DNA from: Deferribacteraceae bacterium
GTDB taxonomy: Bacteria > Chrysiogenota > Deferribacteres > Deferribacterales > JAISNW01
Length of the DNA: 14,097 bases
Assembly (NCBI GenBank): GCA_031285415.1
Contig: JAITWF010000126.1
Coordinates: 1 to 14,097 of the forward strand
Direction: 5' to 3'
In this document: piece by piece, positions 7,634 to 14,097 of the stretch
How the letters are laid out: each line of letters starts with the position of its first letter
How positions within the stretch are numbered: position 1 is the first letter of the stretch
Notes under the pieces: generated by a model
Told to the model about the DNA's origin: nothing
Database searches by the model: none
Seen by the model: the letters and a program-made list of their open reading frames with translations, nothing else
Translations under genes and position numbers: made by a program

Positions 7634-7695
7634 ATTGCGGACTTGATCCGCAATCCAGAATTAGTAGATCTGGACTGCGGCTCGTAGGCCGCAGT
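7634..7695 (-). other. Two perfect 8-bp stem-loops in the pyrH-frr intergenic spacer
   Basis: ATTGCGGA-cttga-TCCGCAAT (7634-7654) and ACTGCGGC-tcgtag-GCCGCAGT (7674-7695). Neither is followed by a U-run on the transcribed (minus) strand. Confidence 0.5.
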
Positions 7696-7704
7696 GACGG
7701 AGGT

Positions 7705-8409
7705 TTATTTTACTGTTGTTCCGACCGCTTCGCCCTTTACTACTCTTAATAGGCTTCCAGCTTCCATCATATTATATACCACTATCGGAATATTATTATC
7801 CATACACATGCTGATTGCGGTGGAGTCCATCACATTCAACCTCTTTGTGAGTACATCGATATACGAAACGGTATCATACTTAGTCGCTGTTGGGTCTTTC
7901 TTAGGGTCTGCGGTGTATACACCATCCACCTTTGTTGCCTTGATCACTACGTCGGCATTGATCTCGGACGCCCTCAATGTGGCTGTAGTGTCGGTGGTGA
8001 AGTAAGGGTTGCCTGTGCCAGCGGCGAAGATAACGACACGCCCCTTCTCGAGGTGCCTCATCGCTCTACGTCTGATAAACGGCTCTGCCACCTGACGCAT
8101 TTCGATAGCCGACTGTACACGTGTAGGGATTCCAGCCTTCTCTAGAGCGTCTTGCAGGGCGAGCGAATTGATCACCGTAGCAAGCATACCCATATAATCG
8201 GCAGATACTCTATCCATCCCCTGTGCAGAGCCTGACACTCCACGGAAGATATTGCCACCGCCGATCACAAGCCCTATCCGCACGCCAGAATCAAATAGTG
8301 TGCGGATCTCCTGCGCAATATAGCGCAAAGTTTCGCTCTCGACGCCGTACTGTTGGCCACCCATGAGTGCTTCGCCAGACAGCTTTAATAGGACTGTTTT
8401 ATATTTCAT
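7705..8409 (-). CDS. pyrH: UMP kinase
   Basis: [18 protein letters not shown]..., GGGNIFRG and the overall 234-aa length are typical of PyrH. GAGG lies 7 nt upstream, inside the lepB 3' end. Confidence 0.93.
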   Translation of the reverse strand: MKYKTVLLKLSGEALMGGQQYGVESETLRYIAQEIRTLFDSGVRIGLVIGGGNIFRGVSGSAQGMDRVSADYMGMLATVINSLALQDALEKAGIPTRVQSAIEMRQVAEPFIRRRAMRHLEKGRVVIFAAGTGNPYFTTDTTATLRASEINADVVIKATKVDGVYTADPKKDPTATKYDTVSYIDVLTKRLNVMDSTAISMCMDNNIPIVVYNMMEAGSLLRVVKGEAVGTTVK

Positions 8410-8413
8410 TGAA

Positions 8414-9001
8414 CTACCTCGTTATATTTAGCAAACGATCCCAACGTACCGACTTCAAGTTCAACATGCCGCCAGCAGGATCTTTCGACCAGTATATTAT
8501 AACTGACTTCCCTTTGAAGCTATCTCTAGGCACCAGTCCCCAATATCGGCTATCTGCGCTGGAGTCACGGTTATCACCCATCATGAAGTAATGCCCCTCT
8601 GGCACCTTAAACTCAGGCACATTGTCGGCGATAGGCCCCGATGGATAGTTTCGCAGCTGTACGTAATCCTCTTGCACCGCCGCACCGTTGCGATAGAGCT
8701 TCTTATCGACGATCTTTATCGTATCGCCCGGTTCACCGATTACACGCTTGATAAAATCTTTTCCAGGCTCTAGCGGATACTCAAATACTGCGATCTCGCC
8801 GAACTTTGGATCCCCTAAGAGGTAGCTAATCTTGCTAGCTATGATATGATCCCCAATCTGAAGCGTCTCAAGCATAGAGCCAGAGGGGATCACATATGCG
8901 CTCATTACAAATGTACGAATAATCATTGCGATCACAAACGCTACTACGAGCGAATCGAAAAAATCTCTCATCCCCTTCTTGGGTTCTTTTTCTTTAGACA
9001 T
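8414..9001 (-). CDS. lepB: Signal peptidase I
   Basis: An N-terminal TM helix is followed by [10 protein letters not shown] (catalytic Ser box), a Lys box and [16 protein letters not shown]. The start overlaps the lepA stop (TAATG). Confidence 0.9.
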   Translation of the reverse strand: MSKEKEPKKGMRDFFDSLVVAFVIAMIIRTFVMSAYVIPSGSMLETLQIGDHIIASKISYLLGDPKFGEIAVFEYPLEPGKDFIKRVIGEPGDTIKIVDKKLYRNGAAVQEDYVQLRNYPSGPIADNVPEFKVPEGHYFMMGDNRDSSADSRYWGLVPRDSFKGKSVIIYWSKDPAGGMLNLKSVRWDRLLNITR

Positions 9002-10806
9002 TAATTTTCGTCTCCTATCTTCAATACAGCAAGGAAGGCGTCTTGCGGTAGGTCGATCTTGCCGATCGATTTCATGCGCTTCTTCCCCTCCTTCTGCTTC
9101 TCTAAAAGTTTACGTTTACGAGAGATATCGCCGCCGTAGCACTTTGCGATAACGTCTTTGCGGTACGCCTTGACGGTAGAGCGAGCGATAACCTTCGAGC
9201 CGATCGCCGCCTGAATCGCCACCTCAAACATCTGGCGTGGGATAACGTCTTTCATTCGCTCTACAAGCTCTCTCCCCTTGTACTCCGCCTGATCTTTATG
9301 CACGATAATACTTAATGCGTCCACAGGCTCTTTATTTATAAGTATATCTAGCTTCACAAGGCTGCCTGGGCGAAACTCTGAAAATTCGTAGTCGAATGAG
9401 GCATATCCTCGTGAGATCGATTTCAGTTTATCGTAAAAGTCTGTAACGACCTCCATCAGCGGTATATCGTACTCTAATATAGAGCGAGCGGCACTCATAT
9501 ATTTCATATTCGTCTGTATGCCACGTCGAGCGTTCAGAAGCTGCATAACGCTACCCACATATTCGGCAGGTAGGATTATCGTAGATGATATATACGGCTC
9601 CTCTACCTTTTCGCACTCTGACGGTGGCGGCAGGAGTGCAGGGTTGTCGATATCAAAGACTTCGCCGTTCAGTTTGGTGATACGGAATACAACCGTTGGG
9701 GCGGTGGAGATAAGGTCGAGATTAAACTCACGCTCGAGCCTCTCCTGTATGATCTCCATATGTAGAAGCCCCAAGAAGCCACAACGGAAGCCGAATCCTA
9801 ACGCTTGAGAGCTTTCAGGCTCAAAGGTGACGGCACTATCATTTAATATAAGCTTCTCTAGAGCGTCTCTTAACGTCTGATATTCGCTTGGGTCTATAGG
9901 GTAAAGCCCACAGAATACGACAGGCTTAACATGTTTAAATCCTGGAAATGGTGTATCAGTAGGTCTTTTAACGTGAGTGACGGTATCGCCGATCTTCACC
10001 TCATGCACCGATTTGATACTTGCGGTGATGAATCCTACCTCGCCAGCTGAGAGCTCCTTTAAGGCGATAGGGGATGGAGTGAATGAGCCCATCTCGATAA
10101 TCTCGTACTCCTTTCTGGTAGACATCAGCTTGATCTTGTCGCCTGGGCGCATAGTCCCCTCTACCATACGTACAAGGACTACTACGCCTCTATATGCGTC
10201 GTACCATGAGTCGAAGATCATTGCTTTGAGTGGATTTTCAGAGTCTCCCGATGGTGCAGGCACCTTTTTGACTATAGACTCTAGTATCTCACGAGTGCCG
10301 ATCTTCTCCTTTGCGCTAGCAAGAACGGCTTCGGAGGCGTCGATACCGATAGCGTCCTCGACCTCCTTCTGCACACGCTCTGGGTCTGCACTTGGTAGAT
10401 CGATCTTGTTTATAACGGTGATCAGCTCTAAGTTTTGGTCGACCGCCATGAATGCATTTGCGATCGTCTGCGCCTCTACACCCTGAGAGGCGTCCACTAC
10501 TACCAATGCCCCCTCACAGGCGGCAAGGCTTCGGGATACCTCATAGGTAAAGTCGACATGCCCTGGGGTGTCGATAAGGTTGAGCTGGTAGGTCTTTCCA
10601 TCATCTGCTGTATATGTAAGGCGAGCTGTCTGCGCCTTGATAGTGATCCCTCGCTCTCGCTCGATATCCATGCTATCAAGTACCTGCGCCTTCATCTTGC
10701 GCTCCTCAATCCCTCCAGTATACTCTATGATCCGATCGGCAAGGGTCGACTTGCCGTGGTCTATGTGCGCTATAATACTAAAGTTGCGTATCAATTTATT
10801 TTGCAT
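9001..10806 (-). CDS. lepA: Elongation factor 4 (translational GTPase LepA)
   Basis: [25 protein letters not shown] (G1 motif), [13 protein letters not shown] and the 601-aa length are typical of LepA. AAGAGG lies 9 nt upstream. Confidence 0.95.
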   Translation of the reverse strand: MQNKLIRNFSIIAHIDHGKSTLADRIIEYTGGIEERKMKAQVLDSMDIERERGITIKAQTARLTYTADDGKTYQLNLIDTPGHVDFTYEVSRSLAACEGALVVVDASQGVEAQTIANAFMAVDQNLELITVINKIDLPSADPERVQKEVEDAIGIDASEAVLASAKEKIGTREILESIVKKVPAPSGDSENPLKAMIFDSWYDAYRGVVVLVRMVEGTMRPGDKIKLMSTRKEYEIIEMGSFTPSPIALKELSAGEVGFITASIKSVHEVKIGDTVTHVKRPTDTPFPGFKHVKPVVFCGLYPIDPSEYQTLRDALEKLILNDSAVTFEPESSQALGFGFRCGFLGLLHMEIIQERLEREFNLDLISTAPTVVFRITKLNGEVFDIDNPALLPPPSECEKVEEPYISSTIILPAEYVGSVMQLLNARRGIQTNMKYMSAARSILEYDIPLMEVVTDFYDKLKSISRGYASFDYEFSEFRPGSLVKLDILINKEPVDALSIIVHKDQAEYKGRELVERMKDVIPRQMFEVAIQAAIGSKVIARSTVKAYRKDVIAKCYGGDISRKRKLLEKQKEGKKRMKSIGKIDLPQDAFLAVLKIGDEN

Positions 10807-10895
10807 TAAATGAACCTCTTAAACTCGTTAAGATACACTAATACGCACCTATATGGCAAGCGATTTTACAGAAAAACTAATTGACGTTTACATTT

Positions 10896-10904
10896 TGTTA
10901 TAAT
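10896..10904 (+). promoter_or_regulatory. Extended -10 promoter element (TGtTATAAT) for the EncFtn-encapsulin operon
   Basis: TGTTATAAT at 10896-10904 lies 39 nt upstream of the EncFtn ATG. TAAGGAGAT RBS sits at 10929-10937. TTGACG at 10881-10886 is only 12 nt from the -10, so it is probably not a functional -35. Confidence 0.45.
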
Positions 10905-10942
10905 ACCATATGGCAAGTTTTAGTCTATAAGGAGATAAGATT

Positions 10943-11299
10943 ATGCCGAGTTTTGCGAACCCATTTCAGGGAAATGTGAACAGGAAGGTGACGAAGCTGG
11001 AGCTTATGCAAGCTCTTCGTATCGATATAGCGTCGGAGCTTGAGGCGATCTATCTATACGATGCGCACGCACTATCAACTGACGATCCGATCGCTAAAAG
11101 GGTGCTAGAGGATATCCGTGACGAGGAGAAGCAGCATGTGGGCGAGTTAATGACGCTTCTGCGCTATCTGGATCCAGGATTTGCTGCACTTTTAGCCGAT
11201 GGCGAGGGCGAGGTGAAGGAGATGATGGCGGATCTCGGTATAAAGGAGCGTCAAGTGGGCGATCTCACGATCGGTAGCCTTATAAAAGAGGATGATTAA
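10943..11299 (+). CDS. Encapsulated ferritin-like cargo protein (EncFtn) with C-terminal encapsulin targeting peptide
   Basis: 118 aa. ELEAIYLYDAH...DP...RDEEKQHVGE gives the Glu/Glu/His pattern (E32, E62, H65 in this ORF's numbering) of the EncFtn ferroxidase site. The C-terminus ...GDLTIGSLIKEDD matches the encapsulin cargo-loading consensus (L/I)xIGSL(K/I). It is immediately followed by the shell gene. Confidence 0.85.
   Translation: MPSFANPFQGNVNRKVTKLELMQALRIDIASELEAIYLYDAHALSTDDPIAKRVLEDIRDEEKQHVGELMTLLRYLDPGFAALLADGEGEVKEMMADLGIKERQVGDLTIGSLIKEDD
11261..11296 (+). other. Encapsulin cargo-loading (targeting) peptide coding segment at the EncFtn C-terminus
   Basis: DLTIGSLIKEDD. The G-S-L-I core resembles known targeting peptides (e.g. 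SLGIGSLK). Confidence 0.7.
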
Positions 11300-12092
11300 T
11301 ATGGATTATTTAGGAAGAGAGGGTGCGCCTATCTCCGCAGATCTGTGGCGCAATATAGATAATACAGTGGTCGATGTGGCAAAGAAATCATTAAAGGTAC
11401 GGCGGTTTCTCCCCCTTGTATCTGTAGGGACGGAGGCGCAATATGCAAAGATAGAGCGGTTTGACAAGGGTGAGGAGATTGAGGAGTGGTTCGTAAAGAC
11501 TACTAACCGCCAACTCGTCGAGATTCCGCAGATATATAGCGATTTTTGGCTCAACTGGCGAGATCTGAACGGTGCTATAGATCTCTCCCCCTGCATGCGT
11601 GCCGCAACGGTACTCTCCAAACATGAGGATGAGATGATCTTCTACGGAATTCCTGCTTTAAAGCTGGAGGGGCTATTGACGGTGAAAGGCTCACAGCAGG
11701 TAAAGCGTGGCAACTGGGGGGAGGGTGAAAACGCCTTTGCAGATGTAGCTACTGGGATAGCAATGCTTGAAAAGGCTGGACGTAGCGGCAGATACGCCCT
11801 TGTGGTAAGCCCCGATCTATACATGCAGCTACAGCGCATTCAGGCAGGTACTGGAGTTTTAGAGAGTAAGCGCATTCAGAAGCTCGTCGGCTCTGATATT
11901 ATAAAATCTACCGCTCTAAAGGATAAGACGGCATTCTTAGTATGCGCAGAGAGCTACTGCATGGATCTAGCTGTGGGGCAGGATATAACGACCGCATACC
12001 TTGAATGCGTCGACCTAAACCATCATTTCAGAGTGATGGAGACCGCTCTTTTAAGAATTAAATGCCCAGATGCTATTGTTTTATTCACATAG
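11292..12092 (+). CDS. Family-1 encapsulin shell protein (HK97-fold, linocin M18-like)
   Basis: 266 aa (263 aa if the start is the ATG at 11301, which has AAGAGGA 8 nt upstream). It aligns colinearly with T. maritima encapsulin as I recall it: SADLWRNIDNTVVDVAKKSLKVRRF, HEDEMIFYG, ALVVSPDLY, LAVGQDITTAYLE and a C-terminal ...AIVLFT. It overlaps the cargo gene stop. Confidence 0.88.
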   Translation: MINMDYLGREGAPISADLWRNIDNTVVDVAKKSLKVRRFLPLVSVGTEAQYAKIERFDKGEEIEEWFVKTTNRQLVEIPQIYSDFWLNWRDLNGAIDLSPCMRAATVLSKHEDEMIFYGIPALKLEGLLTVKGSQQVKRGNWGEGENAFADVATGIAMLEKAGRSGRYALVVSPDLYMQLQRIQAGTGVLESKRIQKLVGSDIIKSTALKDKTAFLVCAESYCMDLAVGQDITTAYLECVDLNHHFRVMETALLRIKCPDAIVLFT

Positions 12093-12112
12093 TTGTACTA
12101 TAGTTTCGTATT

Positions 12113-12982
12113 ATGAAACGTGATACATTAATAAAAACCCTGCTGACGGCGGCTATCCTCCTAGGTGGGGTCTTATCATTCTTTATACTGCCAAATCTCT
12201 TTGGGCTATCTGCCGCTGATGATAGCGGCTACTACAGATCCCTACAGGAGGCACTCGACAGCCGTCTAGCCTCCGCAAGCCTATTCTTTATGACTACCAA
12301 ACTCGTAAGCGGAATTATCGCATTCTCGCAAGATGTCAATGTAGACGCTAGCGTGGTGCTTGCAGGTATCGACGTATCGCCACTTATGGTGCTACAGCCT
12401 GTTGGCAGTACTATCAACAAGATCTCCGATCTGTTTCTGGTAGCAATGGGGGCGATAGTGCTTGAGAAGGTGGTGATGATCGCTGGCGGCTGGCTGTCGT
12501 TCAAGATCTTCTTCCCTATCGCTGCCGCTATCGGGGCGGTCTCCCTTTGGGGGCGGCATAGGGTAAACACTCGAAAGGCAGCGATCGGTATGCTTATCAT
12601 CGGTATCGTTTCGTGGGGGGCGGTGCCGCTATCTATAATGACCTCTACCATGCTAGAGCGTTACTTTATGGGAGATATAATGACGCTCTCCGCCGATAGG
12701 GTGGAGAAGAATGCTTCGGAGCTGGAGGTTATCCAGAGCGACCTCACCGACCCTTCCGAATGGGGAGTGGGGGCGGAGAAGAGCTCATTTCTAGATAAAC
12801 TCAAGGTGCCGAACGTCGGACTAAAGATAAACGAGGTGCTGACGGCGATCTCATCGAAAACTGAAAATATCGTGAAAGATCTCGTGAACGCCTTTATAGT
12901 GCTTGTTATTACTACCTTAATCCTGCCGATCGGCACTATCTTTGTGCTCTGGTTTGTGTTGAGAGGGCTGACTAGCCAATGA
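12113..12982 (+). CDS. Uncharacterised polytopic membrane protein (about 5 N-terminal TM helices, a ~70-aa soluble acidic segment, and a C-terminal TM helix)
   Basis: 289 aa with no recognisable catalytic motif. It lies 20 nt downstream of the encapsulin gene with no terminator between them. Its stop overlaps the aroK start (ATGA). No SD is evident upstream. Confidence 0.6.
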   Translation: MKRDTLIKTLLTAAILLGGVLSFFILPNLFGLSAADDSGYYRSLQEALDSRLASASLFFMTTKLVSGIIAFSQDVNVDASVVLAGIDVSPLMVLQPVGSTINKISDLFLVAMGAIVLEKVVMIAGGWLSFKIFFPIAAAIGAVSLWGRHRVNTRKAAIGMLIIGIVSWGAVPLSIMTSTMLERYFMGDIMTLSADRVEKNASELEVIQSDLTDPSEWGVGAEKSSFLDKLKVPNVGLKINEVLTAISSKTENIVKDLVNAFIVLVITTLILPIGTIFVLWFVLRGLTSQ

Positions 12983-13464
12983 TCTTCTTAACAGGTTTCC
13001 TATGCACAGGCAAAAGTACCGTTGGTAAAGCACTCGCCGCACGGCGTAATCTACCATTTACCGACTTGGATACAGAGATAGAACGTCTCGCCGATCTGCC
13101 AGTGGCGGAGATCTTTCAGCGGTACGGTTCGGAGCGGTTTCGCAAGCTTGAGTCAGAGGCACTCAAAACTGTGCAATCTGGCGTTGTCGCCTGCGGCGGC
13201 GGCACTATTACAATCAGAGAGAATTTAAGGTGGATGAGGGCAAATGGCAAGATCCTTCTACTAACCGCTACCCCTACAGAGATCTTTAAACGATTAAGTA
13301 GTGACTACGCTCGGCCGCTTATGGGTAGCGCACCCACAGAGATGATGGTGAAAAGGCTCTTATTTGCTAGAGCTTGCCACTATACACAGGCGGATCTCCT
13401 TATAGATACAACGAACGTCAATATCGATACGATATTAGAGAGGATAGATGAGCATTATCAGTGA
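12979..13464 (+). CDS. aroK: Shikimate kinase
   Basis: Walker A GFLCTGKST at residues 5-13, a DLD motif, a GGG lid, and the ~160-aa size. Confidence 0.9.
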   Translation: MIFLTGFLCTGKSTVGKALAARRNLPFTDLDTEIERLADLPVAEIFQRYGSERFRKLESEALKTVQSGVVACGGGTITIRENLRWMRANGKILLLTATPTEIFKRLSSDYARPLMGSAPTEMMVKRLLFARACHYTQADLLIDTTNVNIDTILERIDEHYQ

Positions 13465-14097
13465 ACAGTCGGCAGCAGAGTTTGTAAAGGGCTCTGGTGC
13501 CTTTATGATCGCCGATCGGCGAGTGGCGGAGCTATATCCAGAGTGCCTTTCAGAGAGAAGCTTTATCGTGGATAGCGGTGAGGAGTTGAAAAGCTTTGCA
13601 AAGGTTGAGACGTTTATCAAGTGGCTTGCCGATAATGGCTGCAATAGGGGTAGCGAGATTGTTGCGCTTGGCGGTGGCACCGTTGGCGATATGGCAGGCT
13701 TCGCCGCCGCAATATATATGCGTGGGGTAAAGTTTCATAATATCCCCACGACGCTCCTATCGATGGTAGACTCCGCTATCGGTGGCAAGACGGCGGTGAA
13801 CGTAGGCAGTATTAAAAATCTCGTAGGGGCGTTTCATCAACCTACTAACGTAATCATAGATATAGCTTTTTTGAAAAGTATCACCGATAATGACTTTCTT
13901 TCAGGCTTTGGCGAGATAATTAAAACCGCTGCAATCGCTGATCAGTCACTATTTAATATGCTTTTAAATGAGCGAGATCGAGTGCTACGTAGGGAGATCG
14001 GCGATATTATTACACGAGTATGCAATATAAAGGCGGATACGGTAAGGAGAGACCCATACGATAATGGTATACGAGTGATACTGAACGCTGGACATAC
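13448..14097 (+). CDS. aroB: 3-dehydroquinate synthase (3' end truncated by the window edge)
   Basis: Translation from the ATG at 13448 gives MSIISEQ...VALGGGTVGDMAGFAAA...DSAIGGKTAVN...ILNAGH, the NAD-binding and active-site blocks of AroB. A stop lies immediately upstream in frame. It overlaps aroK by 17 nt. Confidence 0.88.
   Translation, partial: MSIISEQSAAEFVKGSGAFMIADRRVAELYPECLSERSFIVDSGEELKSFAKVETFIKWLADNGCNRGSEIVALGGGTVGDMAGFAAAIYMRGVKFHNIPTTLLSMVDSAIGGKTAVNVGSIKNLVGAFHQPTNVIIDIAFLKSITDNDFLSGFGEIIKTAAIADQSLFNMLLNERDRVLRREIGDIITRVCNIKADTVRRDPYDNGIRVILNAGH

Noticed and set aside
9977-10809. Plus-strand ORFs of 169 aa and 124 aa
   Set aside because: Antisense to lepA.
10881-10886. TTGACG as the -35 hexamer for the EncFtn promoter
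   Set aside because: It is only 12 nt from the TATAAT. The extended -10 (TGtTATAAT) explains promoter function without it.
11306-11839. Minus-strand ORFs of 65-104 aa inside the encapsulin gene
   Set aside because: Antisense to a well-supported CDS. No signals.
12232-12936. Minus-strand ORFs of 139 aa and 91 aa
   Set aside because: Antisense to the membrane-protein gene. Pro/Ser/Thr-rich composition typical of the reverse strand of a hydrophobic CDS.
1-14097. Scan for tRNA/rRNA genes, CRISPR arrays, IS elements, integrase or toxin-antitoxin genes
   Set aside because: None found. There are no arrays of spaced direct repeats, no transposase-like ORFs and no cloverleaf-compatible segments in the few non-coding gaps.

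Overview
The window is a dense, mostly housekeeping chromosomal segment of a bacterium with about 50% GC, probably a proteobacterial anaerobe. Coordinates 1-4858 (minus strand) hold a complete Hyb-type (hydrogenase-2-like) membrane-bound uptake [NiFe] hydrogenase operon in the order small subunit (Tat signal), HybA-like 4x[4Fe-4S] protein (Tat signal), HybB-like NrfD-family membrane subunit, then large subunit. The large subunit runs off the window start just after its C-terminal DPCxxCxxH nickel-binding motif. A 340-nt non-coding gap (4937-5277) is packed with near-identical C-run/G-run palindromes. A long minus-strand housekeeping operon follows: lepA - lepB - pyrH - frr - uppS. It ends with an unusual 358-aa cytoplasmic polyferredoxin whose start overlaps uppS. 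After a divergent promoter region (10807-10942) the plus strand carries a two-gene encapsulin nanocompartment operon: a ferritin-like EncFtn cargo with a C-terminal targeting peptide, then a family-1 HK97-fold shell protein. Next come an uncharacterised 289-aa polytopic membrane protein, then aroK and aroB (partial); both junctions overlap, so these five genes are probably one transcript. I found no tRNA, rRNA, CRISPR array or mobile element. The most interesting items are the encapsulin/EncFtn iron-storage system with an attached unknown membrane protein, the atypical polyferredoxin appended to the uppS operon, and the structured poly-C/poly-G palindrome cluster between the two minus-strand operons.
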